A stretch of 64,000 bases of DNA from Pseudobdellovibrionaceae bacterium (GTDB lineage: Bacteria > Bdellovibrionota > Bdellovibrionia > Bdellovibrionales > Bdellovibrionaceae), in assembly GCA_039810425.1 (NCBI GenBank), contig JBDHWW010000009.1, positions 1-64,000 of the forward strand, written 5' to 3'. This document shows, piece after piece, positions 1 to 10,481 of this stretch (the stretch's first letter is position 1; each line of letters begins with the position of its first letter). The position numbers were made by a program, and so were the translations under genes. The notes below the pieces were generated by a model. The model was not told the DNA's origin. It worked only from the letters and a program-made list of their open reading frames with translations, and ran no database searches.

Positions 1-24
1 AAGACCAATAAACCCTCAAAAATC

Positions 25-76
25 AGGTGGTCAAAGTATCTGAAACGAACCCGGTCAAACTAAGTGAAACGGAACA
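25..76. mobile_element. Possible terminus of an IS21-family insertion sequence (element body would lie left of the window)
   Basis: Two imperfect 19-bp direct repeats 24 bp apart (GGTCAAAGTATCTGAAACG 29-47; GGTCAAACTAAGTGAAACG 53-71), followed by a terminal CA at 75-76. IS21 ends have this layout. Confidence 0.45.
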
Positions 77-153
77 GGCCGGAGTATATCGGCTCAAACA
101 ATTTGAAGTCTAACTATTTGGAAATTTCGTAGTTAAAATTCTTTAGAAGAAAA

Positions 154-1422
154 TTACTTGAGCGTCCGCCAGCGCAAGAAAGTAATGCCTTGAGATTTGA
201 TAACCACGTTCGAGAAGGCCTTGCCATCTGCGCTGAGGTCCCCTCCGCGCGAGGAAATACCCTGTAGATTCACATTATAAGTACCAACTTTTAAAGGAAC
301 GCGAACCAGCTGCACCGTCTGCGGAAGAGTCGACCACTGACGAAGATCCGCGCGTTCAGACAGCTGCATCGCAAGCCATGCCACACTTCCGAGGGCTTCA
401 TTCTTTTGACGAATTTGGTCGGCAACGACTTCCTTCGCGGCAAAAGCGCCGATACGTTTTGCTGACAACCAAGCATAGTCATGTTGCAGCGTTTCGATCG
501 CGGCATGCTCAACGTCGTAAACCGTGCGGCTTTCAAACTCGCCGACTCCGGAGATCGCAGCTTTCATGCCGATCACCTTGTTTCGCACCGGCTGTAAAAT
601 TGGCGGGTTGTAACCACCGGCATAAATCCCCGGACCGCCGACTTGTGTTTTGCGTGGCCCCCAGCCTTGTTCGTAAATGATAACCAACTCGCCATAGTTC
701 TTGTCGTACCATTCCTTTTTATCAGCCACCTGCGGGAAGGACTTCTTCCACGACTGATACGTGTCCATACGGCGGGCGCGCTTAGAGGACCGGATAAGAT
801 CCGCTTCAATAAATGGAATTGTCGGATCGAGTTTGTAAGCTTCATTATAAGCGATGTAAGCATCATCCCAATTTTGATTGGCTTCCCAAATCATCGCTGA
901 AAGATACTTACCGAAGACATTTTTCTCGAAAGTTTTACGGTCTTCACTGTTAATTTTGACGTATTTTTCGTTCATGCGACGGGTTTCAATCAGCGCTTCA
1001 TCCAGCTGGCCGAGTTCGAGATAATTGAGCGCCGCATAGGCATTGATATAGAATTTTTCGAAGGAGTCCCCTTTGTATTGAACCATCTCTTGGTTCAACA
1101 ACAAGGAGCCTGCTTCACGGGAAAGCGAAGTATAATCTTGGACCTCCGCTAAGCGATCGGCTTGTTGCAAGGCCAGGCTGCTTTCTTTGATTTTTCCACC
1201 CATTTGCAAAGCCACGGAATAGTCGAGGAGATAGACCAGTTGGTCTCCATCTTTTTTTTCTGCGAGTGGTTCGAGGGCTTTTTCAGCGAGATTGTATTCG
1301 CCGTTTTCAAGGTAAGTGCGGGATTGAGCTACTTTACTTTGGTAGGTAGCACAGGAAATCGTGCTTAAGATAAATAAAAAAAGACCCGCCGAAGTGACGG
1401 ATCTTTTTAAAAATAAAATCAT
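154..1422 (-). CDS. COG3014-like TPR-type lipoprotein, usual neighbour of lpoB
   Basis: Lipobox-like ISC; helical repeats; YKGDSFEK and C-terminal ADLRQWSTLP motifs; directly downstream of lpoB. Confidence 0.75.
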   Translation of the reverse strand: MILFLKRSVTSAGLFLFILSTISCATYQSKVAQSRTYLENGEYNLAEKALEPLAEKKDGDQLVYLLDYSVALQMGGKIKESSLALQQADRLAEVQDYTSLSREAGSLLLNQEMVQYKGDSFEKFYINAYAALNYLELGQLDEALIETRRMNEKYVKINSEDRKTFEKNVFGKYLSAMIWEANQNWDDAYIAYNEAYKLDPTIPFIEADLIRSSKRARRMDTYQSWKKSFPQVADKKEWYDKNYGELVIIYEQGWGPRKTQVGGPGIYAGGYNPPILQPVRNKVIGMKAAISGVGEFESRTVYDVEHAAIETLQHDYAWLSAKRIGAFAAKEVVADQIRQKNEALGSVAWLAMQLSERADLRQWSTLPQTVQLVRVPLKVGTYNVNLQGISSRGGDLSADGKAFSNVVIKSQGITFLRWRTLK

Positions 1423-1425
1423 GCC

Positions 1426-2037
1426 TTACAGACCGATAGTTTTCTTTTTGTAAGCTTTACGGATTTGCTTGTTGTCAGACCAAACGATCATGCCGGTTTT
1501 CAAGTTGGTCATGTTCAAAGTCACTTTGTAGTACACAGTCTTATCTTTACCAACTTCTTGAACGATAGAGTCCAAGCGACCGTTGATGATGAAGTCCGCA
1601 CCCGTTTGACCGCCAGGACCTTTTTTAGACTCCTTAGCAACCATGCCGGAGTTTTGATAGTTGTACTCGTCCGCGATATCTTGGCGAGCTTCTTTATCGA
1701 TGAACCCTACTTTGCCAGTTTTCATCAAATCAACGCGAACCATGTCCATTACACTTTGAGTGTCGATGTGTTCACTTGTTTTGTTTTGCAATTGCGTCAC
1801 CATCACAACTGGTGGATTTTTCGCGTCTTTGATTGCTGGATGACCCGCCAAGCTTCCAACCAAATCTTTAACAACATTTTGCATGTCTGTCTCAGACCAT
1901 TGGTCGTTCATCAGGTTTGTTTTTTCTGGGTCCTCGTAATCGCCTTTTACGAAGGCCTTTTCGCCGCAGCTTGAAAGGATCATTGCTGACAAAGTTGCGA
2001 CCGCGAAAGTTGTGACAATTCTCACCAGGCGATTCAT
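1426..2037 (-). CDS. lpoB: Penicillin-binding protein activator LpoB family lipoprotein
   Basis: Lipobox LSSC; WSETD, NKTSEHIDT and GADFIING motifs; C-terminal TGMIVWS. Confidence 0.8.
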   Translation of the reverse strand: MNRLVRIVTTFAVATLSAMILSSCGEKAFVKGDYEDPEKTNLMNDQWSETDMQNVVKDLVGSLAGHPAIKDAKNPPVVMVTQLQNKTSEHIDTQSVMDMVRVDLMKTGKVGFIDKEARQDIADEYNYQNSGMVAKESKKGPGGQTGADFIINGRLDSIVQEVGKDKTVYYKVTLNMTNLKTGMIVWSDNKQIRKAYKKKTIGL

Positions 2038-2130
2038 ATTACCTCCACCCTAGTTTATCTGTACGTATTATGTACCCCACTAGAATAGAATCTTACTAGT
2101 AATATTCAAGACTTGAACCTATGCAGCGAT

Positions 2131-2718
2131 CTACTGCGCACCGCTGCCTGAGGACTTATTAAATAGCTCGTAGCTGTCGGCGGGCTTACGGATTTGCTTT
2201 ACAGAGATTACTTTGTAATCGTCACTGAGCTTGATCAAATAGCCTGCTTTTCGGGCATTTTCCACGAATTGACGGGCATATTCCTTCTTATAAGCCTCCG
2301 AATACTCATCGTTTTGCTGTGCTTCGAACAAGTCTGCTTGAATCTGCTCGTCCGCGTTTGTCGGGCCATTCGGCTCTTTGTCGCCCCGGCCAAGCGTACG
2401 GATAAGGGCTTCGGCCCGAGGATCCGCAGAGAAATCCAACCTATGTATTTCTTCTTTTAGCCTGCCAGTGCCTACACCCTGGTTCTCGATTTTGCCGGCT
2501 TCGATTTTCATCTTTTCACGGGACAGTTCGATTTGTTGGGAAGTCCGGAAGAGATGCTTATTCACCTTTTCTTCGAACTCTTTGGATTGAGCGGAACCCA
2601 CTGTACCTTGAGGCTTTTTACCCTCTGGGAGGAAAAATAAGAAAATAAAGAACCCCGCAAGTAATAACAATGCGAGCCCTAACAAGTAGGATTTGTCCTT
2701 TTTTTCCTTCTGAGCCAT
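2131..2718 (-). CDS. Hypothetical membrane-anchored protein
   Basis: 195 aa with one N-terminal TM segment; RBS AGGAG; sigma28-like promoter upstream. Confidence 0.7.
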   Translation of the reverse strand: MAQKEKKDKSYLLGLALLLLAGFFIFLFFLPEGKKPQGTVGSAQSKEFEEKVNKHLFRTSQQIELSREKMKIEAGKIENQGVGTGRLKEEIHRLDFSADPRAEALIRTLGRGDKEPNGPTNADEQIQADLFEAQQNDEYSEAYKKEYARQFVENARKAGYLIKLSDDYKVISVKQIRKPADSYELFNKSSGSGAQ

Positions 2719-2736
2719 AAATCTCCTGATAGAGTC

Positions 2737-2762
2737 TTATCGGAAAAACTGGAGACATTTTA
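2737..2762 (-). promoter_or_regulatory. Sigma28 (FliA)-type promoter
   Basis: Minus strand TAAA-N14-TCCGATAA compared with consensus TAAA-N15-GCCGATAA. Confidence 0.55.
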
Positions 2763-2796
2763 AAGGGGTTTTCTGGACTTTCCGCCAGGATTTAGA

Positions 2797-4755
2797 TCAA
2801 TTTTCGTCTTTCTTCGCAAGACGGCTCGCCGGAGGATACACCGGAATAATTACAGTGAACTCTGTTCCAACACCAATTTCCGACCGAACTTGAATTTCGC
2901 CTCCATGACTTTGCAAAATACCATAGGAAATGCTAAGACCCAAACCGGTTCCTTGGCCAACACCTTTGGTGGTGAAAAATGGATCGAAAATCTTTTCGAG
3001 GACTTCGGGGCCCATCCCTTTTCCGCTATCTTGGATAGAAACTTGCACTTTGCCGTTCTTGTCTGCCGTTCCACGCAGCGCCATTGTCGAAATCCAGATG
3101 TGACCCGGGCCCTCAATCGCTTGTAGCGCGTTCGACAGAATGTTCATTAACACCTGATTGATCTGACTTGCATAGCACGCCACGTGTGGAATCGGTTCGT
3201 ACTGTTTGTGAATCTCGACACGGTTTTTGATTTCGCCCGCAAGTAAGTTCAACGTCGTATCGAGAGATTCATGAATGTCGATCTCTTTGAGCTTCGCCTC
3301 TTCAAGACGCGAGAAGTTTCTAAGCCCCAAAACGATGTCTTTCGTTCGGCGCGCTCCATCCTCACACGATGCGATCAGCTTCGGCATGTCTTTCACGATG
3401 TAATCGTACTCGAGCTCATCTTTCATCGCGGGAAGAGCCGTGGGATTTGTCTCTGCGGTATCAACGAGCTTAATAAGCTTTTCAGAGTAGTCGCGCAAGT
3501 GAGTCATGTTGCTGGAAATAAAACCAATCGGGTTATTCAGCTCGTGCGCAACACCTGCAACGAGTTGACCAAGACTGATCATCTTTGCGGAGTGAACCAA
3601 CTTTGCTTGAGTGTCTTTCAGCTCTTGATTGGCGCCTTCGAGCTCAAAGATTTTCTTTTTGAGCTCATTTCTGGCCTGGTTGATACGACGGCTCATCTCG
3701 TTGAAACTCGCCGTCAGAAGGCCGATTTCTGTATCATTCTTGACCGGGATCTCGGCGGAGCTTTCACTAGTTTCAAAACGCTGAAGAGCTTCAACCAATT
3801 CGTAAAGCGGCTTCAACACCCAGTTACTGGCTACCAGAATTGTAATGAAAAGCAGAATAATGATGATCAAAACGACGGAGGCAAACGCAAAGTTCACATT
3901 GCGAAGTACTTCTTTGGCTTCGCTCTTTGAAGCACCCAAAGCAACATAAATTTTTGCCGGGTCCCATTCCAGAGGAGCCACCAAGAATCCATAAGGCATC
4001 GCTCGGATATTTAGATCAAAAAACGGATCGCGCCCCGCTTGGAAGTAAGGCTCAAAGAAGTCCTTTTTATAGAGATAAAAATCAGGGTGACTTGCCATCA
4101 TCAGCTGACCGTTATCTTTAAAAAACATCACCTCAAGCTTCATGCGCGCTTTAAGGCGGTTCATGAACCCTTTATCAAGGTCGATGATCTGCTCAAAGTA
4201 ACCAACGATCTTACCTGCTCCGTTGGTTACACGCGAGATCAGCAACAAAGAAGTTTTGTGCTGCTCAGAGAATTCAATCGAGCCCACTTCTTTTTGTTTT
4301 TTAAACATTTCAACGTAACGGTTATTGAGGAAAACCGCTTGGCCGGCAGGAGCAAAGTTTCTGACTTCGCCTTTTTCATCTTTGAAAACACTCACGACCA
4401 TTTTAGCGTCACGGCTAAAGAACGTAAGGCTTGAAGTGAAATCCGAACGCAACCACTGAGTGGCGATATTACGGATCGTATTCGCATCACCCACTGTGAG
4501 GTGATAAATCAAGTTCGGGTCCCGAATATACTTGTCACGTTTTTGCTGAAGATTGGCGCGATACTCGCTGAAGATCACATTGATTTCACGAGCATTGCCG
4601 GAAAGACGCTGAGCGAGCTCACGATCGAGAGCTTTCTCGTACTTCATCATTGAGTATACGGTAACGAAGGCCAAAGGTATGACCGAGAATAACAAGAACC
4701 ACACAATCAGAATGGTTCTTAATGATCTTTTAGGTTTTTTTCTTAGCTGCTTCAC
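2797..4755 (-). CDS. Membrane sensor histidine kinase (periplasmic sensor, HAMP, HisKA, HATPase)
   Basis: Two TM segments; HAMP-like DTEIGLL; H-box [10 protein letters not shown]-box NILSNA; DSGKG; FFTTK; GTGLGL. Confidence 0.95.
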   Translation of the reverse strand: MKQLRKKPKRSLRTILIVWFLLFSVIPLAFVTVYSMMKYEKALDRELAQRLSGNAREINVIFSEYRANLQQKRDKYIRDPNLIYHLTVGDANTIRNIATQWLRSDFTSSLTFFSRDAKMVVSVFKDEKGEVRNFAPAGQAVFLNNRYVEMFKKQKEVGSIEFSEQHKTSLLLISRVTNGAGKIVGYFEQIIDLDKGFMNRLKARMKLEVMFFKDNGQLMMASHPDFYLYKKDFFEPYFQAGRDPFFDLNIRAMPYGFLVAPLEWDPAKIYVALGASKSEAKEVLRNVNFAFASVVLIIIILLFITILVASNWVLKPLYELVEALQRFETSESSAEIPVKNDTEIGLLTASFNEMSRRINQARNELKKKIFELEGANQELKDTQAKLVHSAKMISLGQLVAGVAHELNNPIGFISSNMTHLRDYSEKLIKLVDTAETNPTALPAMKDELEYDYIVKDMPKLIASCEDGARRTKDIVLGLRNFSRLEEAKLKEIDIHESLDTTLNLLAGEIKNRVEIHKQYEPIPHVACYASQINQVLMNILSNALQAIEGPGHIWISTMALRGTADKNGKVQVSIQDSGKGMGPEVLEKIFDPFFTTKGVGQGTGLGLSISYGILQSHGGEIQVRSEIGVGTEFTVIIPVYPPASRLAKKDEN

Positions 4756-5750
4756 TTCTTCGCTTCATCAACAGAGATAATTAAGCGGATGATCCCATCT
4801 GGCATCACACGCGGATGCTTATCCTTACTGATTTTAGCCTTTCCGTACTCGGAGAGGAAGGCCTGTAATTCAGCGTATTTTGCCTCGGGAATTGTGAAGT
4901 GGAAATATGCGGACCCTTGGGTTTTCTGCCAACCGAGTTCAACTTCCCCGGCCTTACGTCCACCCAATTCAATGATCTTATCTTTAATTTTAGGACCAAC
5001 AGCATCTAGATTCGTTACCGCGATCTGGCCACGGTACAAATAACCAGTACTTGCTTTACCAGACTCCGTACTTTCGGCTTCGGAATTCTCTTCGCTGGTC
5101 GCGGTGGACGTCACGACTTTCGCTGGAGGCTTGGCCGGTGTCGGGGCCGGAGTGGCCTTAGCGACAACGGCCGGAGTCGCCGTCGTTGTCACCACCGCCG
5201 CCGGAGTCGGAGTGGTCGTCGCTTCTTTTACTTTAATACCTTCATCCACGAACTGTGGGGTTTCCGCCGTTTCAGGAGCTTCCTGCGGAGGTTGTTTGAT
5301 TTGCGATTTATTTAACTCCGTCAACACGACATCAGATCCCGTCGAAAGGCGAAGCTTCATCACCTTTTCCCAAGGGGCCACAGTTAAAACTGTTACAACG
5401 ACAAAGACAACGACGAGAGCTTCCAAGCCCCACTTCAAACCCACTGGCCACTGATCAAATTTCGATTTTCTAAAAAGCACGGAAAGATACGATGAAGGTG
5501 CACTCAAACGCTCTTGAAGCGCACTTGACACAGTAATCTGCCGCAGTTTTTCTGCATACTGCTGGCCAATTTGGATTTTTTGAAAATCTAATTGCGCTTC
5601 CCGCGAACTTTCCATGTGCGCTTCAACCGCTCTTTTGCGTTCCTCATCGAGGATGCCACTCATGTAATCATAAAGAAGTTCATTGCCGGTAAACGGAGTT
5701 ACCTGGCGCTGGCCTTTTTTGGAGAGTGCGGGACGCTTTGTTTCAGACAT
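4752..5750 (-). CDS. Anti-sigma-factor-like single-pass membrane protein
   Basis: N-terminal LLYDYMSGILDEERKRAVEAHMESSREA resembles a zf-HC2 anti-sigma domain without Cys; one TM; Pro/Thr/Ala linker; small C-terminal alpha/beta domain. Confidence 0.6.
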   Translation of the reverse strand: MSETKRPALSKKGQRQVTPFTGNELLYDYMSGILDEERKRAVEAHMESSREAQLDFQKIQIGQQYAEKLRQITVSSALQERLSAPSSYLSVLFRKSKFDQWPVGLKWGLEALVVVFVVVTVLTVAPWEKVMKLRLSTGSDVVLTELNKSQIKQPPQEAPETAETPQFVDEGIKVKEATTTPTPAAVVTTTATPAVVAKATPAPTPAKPPAKVVTSTATSEENSEAESTESGKASTGYLYRGQIAVTNLDAVGPKIKDKIIELGGRKAGEVELGWQKTQGSAYFHFTIPEAKYAELQAFLSEYGKAKISKDKHPRVMPDGIIRLIISVDEAKK

Positions 5751-5754
5751 ATTC

Positions 5755-6222
5755 CTACTTTACCGCATTTAGTTTCTTCGTAGAAACCCCTTGAGCCAAG
5801 GAACCCAGCTTTCGGAGAGCCCGGCCCAAGCGATAGCGAACGGTGCCTTCAGAAATACCTAGACCTTGAGCGATGTCTTTTTCGGGGATCTCCAGAATCT
5901 TAGACCAAATCACCGCCAGCAGCTCGTCCTGGGTCGCGAGTTTTTGGAACTCACGCCACGGGCCTAAATCCAAATCCGTGGGCATCATCCAGCCGGCATC
6001 CGTCGAAATATTTGGATTACCACGATGGAGCTTGAGGTGCTGTTTCGTCCAAATAGAGAATGTCGTCATCACAATCAAAACATTGTTATTGAATTGCGGA
6101 TTTTTTTTCTTTTTGTCGAAACAGAGAGAAATTGCCTGGGTTGAAGCTTCCAGCGCCCTGCGATCATCTAAAAAAGCAAAGAAGAAAAACAGGGTTATGG
6201 ATTTAACTTCGGATTCACCCAT
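5755..6222 (-). CDS. Degenerate ECF-type RNA polymerase sigma factor (clear region 4, divergent region 2)
   Basis: C-terminal EKDIAQGLGISEGTVRYRLGRALRKL is a sigma70 region 4.2 HTH; 155 aa. Confidence 0.7.
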   Translation of the reverse strand: MGESEVKSITLFFFFAFLDDRRALEASTQAISLCFDKKKKNPQFNNNVLIVMTTFSIWTKQHLKLHRGNPNISTDAGWMMPTDLDLGPWREFQKLATQDELLAVIWSKILEIPEKDIAQGLGISEGTVRYRLGRALRKLGSLAQGVSTKKLNAVK

Positions 6223-6230
6223 TCAATTCC

Positions 6231-7292
<1,062 letters not shown>

Positions 7293-7402
7293 TTAAGTTT
7301 GAATAAAGTCTAGATTCCACAAAAACGAGAGTCAATGCAGATATTTAGCTTCTCGCGAGAGATTATGTCACAACGCGCCAACAATTGTCTCTCCGTCTTG
7401 AT

Positions 7403-9037
7403 CTAAAATTTCGATCGCCAAGCCAGCTCTCGCTCCATGTAAGAACGCAAAGCCTCTTTTTGTTTTTGCATTTCAGAGTCTGACCAGGGGAGTTTCTCTC
7501 GGAAAACTTCGCAAATACTCTCTAATTGAGGCAATCCATGCCTTGGATCTGCTAGGAATAAAGGCACCCTGCGAGAATAAAAATCCGTCAGATTCAGGCA
7601 CAAAGTGTGGTCGATGGCCTGCGCAGCTTCGAGTTGCCAGTAATTGTAGTGCGCTGGGTAGAAGTGCAGGATCTCCGTGGCTTCCATCCCGTAGCGCTCA
7701 GCCAATTTTTGAATGTCCGACTCAGGCCTATCTGTTTCACGCGCCCAAACTGATGCCATCGCCTTTGATTGATTGAACGAATTTACGTCGGTGTACTGAT
7801 TCAACGCCTGGGTCGTGTTACTCTTCGAGAACTTCACACGCTCATCGAAGCTAAAGGCTTTCAAACTGTGTGAAACAACTTGCTCTGATATGAGGCGATA
7901 GGTCGTATACTTCCCGCCCGCAACAAGCGTAATCCCGCGTTCATCATCTATGATCGTATGCTCACGGCTGGTTTTACCTTCAGATGAAGACTCATCCTTC
8001 ACAAGAGGACGCACTCCCGCATAAGTTGCGACAATATCTTTTTCCGTGACTTTGGCTCCGGGGAAGTACTGATGGGTGACTTCCAGCAAATACTTCACAT
8101 CATCCGCAGTGGCCACGACTCCGTCCGGCAGCTCTGCGTAGTCCGTGTCGGTTGTACCGATCACCACCATCTCGTGGCGTGGAATACCGAAAACGATCCG
8201 ATCACTCTTCTCTGCCGCCATCACGACCGCGCTTGTCAGGGGCAATCGCGATTTCTGCAAAGTCAGGTGAATCCCTTTTGTCGGACGAAGAATATCCTTC
8301 CACTGGCGGAAAAGCTTGTGGCCCAGATCATCGGTCCAAGGGCCCACGCAGCTAACAACGTGCTTAGCGCGGATTTTGAATCTTTTCTGGGTGAGTTTGT
8401 CCTCGCACTCGACAGCTTCGATTTTGCCGGCGCCGTTAAATGCGGCGCCAGTCGCTTTCACAAAGTTCGCGGCAACAGCACCCATTTCCACGGCAGACCG
8501 CAAAGTTTCGTGGACTAAACGGTCGTCATCCATGTAGGCATCCGAGTAGATGTATGAACCGCGCAAATCTTGCGGCGCCAGTGCCGGCATACGCGCCATG
8601 GATTCATCGGCATTCAAACGCTCATGCATCTCAGGAGCCTGGAAGAGGGCCAAAGCATCGTATAACCACATGCCGAGACCCATTTTGAACATACCGACAC
8701 GGCTGTTTTCATAGAGCGGAATCATAAAACGGAGTGGATGCACCAAATGAGGAGCCATCTCGAAAAGACGTGTCCTTTCGTTCAGTGCCTCGAACACGAG
8801 ATGGAACTCCATGTTTTCGAGATAACGGATCCCCCCGTGAATGAGTTTGCTCGAGCGAGACGAAGTGCCCGATGCAAAGTCATTGGCTTCAACCAGTGCC
8901 ACTTTCATTCCGCGGCTCGTAGCATCGCGGGCGACGCCGGCACCGTTAATACCACCACCGACAACACAAAGATCGAAAACCGTGTCTTGCATCGTTTGGA
9001 TATTCTGGCTGCGCTCGTAGTGGGAGAATCTTTTCAT
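7403..9037 (-). CDS. glpD: FAD-dependent glycerol-3-phosphate dehydrogenase/oxidase
   Basis: GGGINGAG, GTSSRSSKLIHGGIRYL, IGTTD, GVRPL and GGKYTTYR motifs. Confidence 0.93.
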   Translation of the reverse strand: MKRFSHYERSQNIQTMQDTVFDLCVVGGGINGAGVARDATSRGMKVALVEANDFASGTSSRSSKLIHGGIRYLENMEFHLVFEALNERTRLFEMAPHLVHPLRFMIPLYENSRVGMFKMGLGMWLYDALALFQAPEMHERLNADESMARMPALAPQDLRGSYIYSDAYMDDDRLVHETLRSAVEMGAVAANFVKATGAAFNGAGKIEAVECEDKLTQKRFKIRAKHVVSCVGPWTDDLGHKLFRQWKDILRPTKGIHLTLQKSRLPLTSAVVMAAEKSDRIVFGIPRHEMVVIGTTDTDYAELPDGVVATADDVKYLLEVTHQYFPGAKVTEKDIVATYAGVRPLVKDESSSEGKTSREHTIIDDERGITLVAGGKYTTYRLISEQVVSHSLKAFSFDERVKFSKSNTTQALNQYTDVNSFNQSKAMASVWARETDRPESDIQKLAERYGMEATEILHFYPAHYNYWQLEAAQAIDHTLCLNLTDFYSRRVPLFLADPRHGLPQLESICEVFREKLPWSDSEMQKQKEALRSYMERELAWRSKF

Positions 9038-9039
9038 GA

Positions 9040-9519
9040 CTACTGGGCCTTTGTGGTTTTAACGCTCATGACGCCGGGATTCCACGTTTCGGCTTTGAAG
9101 GCCGAGATGGAATTGGCAATCCCAGCAATGTTCGGGAAGAAAACTTTTTGGAAATGCTTTTCACGCGACAGTTTGTAGGCAAGTTCGCAAAGCTCATCCC
9201 GTGCCTGTAAAGACGCGTAGGCCAAATGCTCTACCCAAAGACTTTGCGTCTGGCCGTCTAGAAACAATAACGGCTGAGCAATGAAATACCCAACCAGCAG
9301 ACCTTCATCAGAAAAACTGCTGGGCTTATCTTTGTCACGCGCGCTGAAAGACCAGCCCAGCTTCAGATAATGCTCGAGAGCTTCTTTACGCCATCGCGCG
9401 TTCCAACTGGCGAGGGTACGCTCCATCTCATCTGGGATTTGCTCTTGCAGCTTTTTGTTTTCAAAGTCGAGAATTTCGTCGAGATCTTGAAGTTGAACGA
9501 TCTGGCAAAAAAGGGCCAT
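9040..9519 (-). CDS. Hypothetical protein, possibly GNAT-like fold (likely start ATG 9519, MALFCQ)
   Basis: QDLDEILDFE start, VGYFIAQ and LWVEHL strands resemble a GNAT; ends 2 bp before glpD. Confidence 0.55.
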   Translation of the reverse strand: MALFCQIVQLQDLDEILDFENKKLQEQIPDEMERTLASWNARWRKEALEHYLKLGWSFSARDKDKPSSFSDEGLLVGYFIAQPLLFLDGQTQSLWVEHLAYASLQARDELCELAYKLSREKHFQKVFFPNIAGIANSISAFKAETWNPGVMSVKTTKAQ

Positions 9520-9585
9520 TTTGCGAGGTCTCCTGTAGGAAGCATAGCTTGTCAATTCAATGATCCTATTTCATACTAAGACGCT

Positions 9586-10329
9586 ATGAAATACAAAGCT
9601 TATTCAAAAGAAATTTGGGACCGAATCAATACCGCGCTGGACTATGCCTTGGCAAAAGATGCCGAGCCTGTCGCGGCTTTCGACGCTGACGGAACTTTGT
9701 GGGATATCGATCTTGGCGAAACATTTTTCCAATACCAAATCGACAATAAGCTCGTGAGCTTACCGGCAAATGCGTGGGAACATTATCAGGACCTCAAAAA
9801 GCAAGACCCAACCGCCGCGTACCTATGGCTGGCGCAAATCAACAATGGCCAAAAACTGGAAACTGTCCACCAATGGGCGGATGCTGCAGTGAAGTCCGTC
9901 GCGCCGGTTCCGGTTTTTGAAGAGCAAAGAAAGATCATCGAGCTTTTTAAAAGTAAGGGCGTCAAAGTCTACATCATCACGGCTTCGGTGAAGTGGGCGG
10001 TGGAGCCGGGTGCAAAACTCCTAGGACTCGGCGCGGATGCGGTCATCGGGGTTGAAACGAATCTTGAAAATGGCCATGTCACCAAAACGCAGAAAGGCGT
10101 TGTCACCTACCAAATGGGTAAGGTCGAAGCTTTGCTGGAGTTCACAGGGGGCAAAAAACCATTCTTTGCCTCTGGAAACACCATGGGAGATTTCCAGCTT
10201 CTGAATTCCGCAACGAGCCTCGCCATGGCAGTCAGTGCCGCAAATCAAGATGATAGGCTCTTTAAGACAGAAAATGATCTTCTCAAGATCGCTGAGCAAA
10301 AAGCTTGGCTTCACCACAGGTTCATCTAA
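9586..10329 (+). CDS. HAD-superfamily hydrolase (phosphoserine/phosphorylcholine phosphatase-like)
   Basis: Motif I FDADGTLW, motif II ITAS, GK, motif IV GNTMGD. Confidence 0.85.
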   Translation: MKYKAYSKEIWDRINTALDYALAKDAEPVAAFDADGTLWDIDLGETFFQYQIDNKLVSLPANAWEHYQDLKKQDPTAAYLWLAQINNGQKLETVHQWADAAVKSVAPVPVFEEQRKIIELFKSKGVKVYIITASVKWAVEPGAKLLGLGADAVIGVETNLENGHVTKTQKGVVTYQMGKVEALLEFTGGKKPFFASGNTMGDFQLLNSATSLAMAVSAANQDDRLFKTENDLLKIAEQKAWLHHRFI

Positions 10330-10431
10330 ATGAAAGTCACCATTCTCGATCAGTTGTCGGCCCTGGCACCCGATTGCTTCTTTGAAGCCAGTCTTCTGCC
10401 TGAGTTTGGCTCCATAAAGCCTGGATGAAAT

Positions 10432-10456
10432 AAAAAGGCTGCCCGAAAGCAGCCTT
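10432..10456 (-). terminator. Intrinsic terminator between convergent HAD gene and pepP
   Basis: AAGGCTGC-ccgaaa-GCAGCCTT hairpin with an A-run on the left (U-tract on the minus strand). Confidence 0.7.
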
Positions 10457-10481
10457 CCCCCTCAGTCATTTCTGAGTTTCC

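Noticed and set aside
5100..5290. Repetitive GCCGGAGTCG-like DNA
   Set aside because: Explained by the Pro/Thr/Ala linker coding sequence; not a CRISPR or independent repeat
10364..10378. CTGGCACCCGATTGC as a sigma54 promoter
   Set aside because: GG-to-GC spacing is 9 nt rather than the required 10, and it points at a terminator
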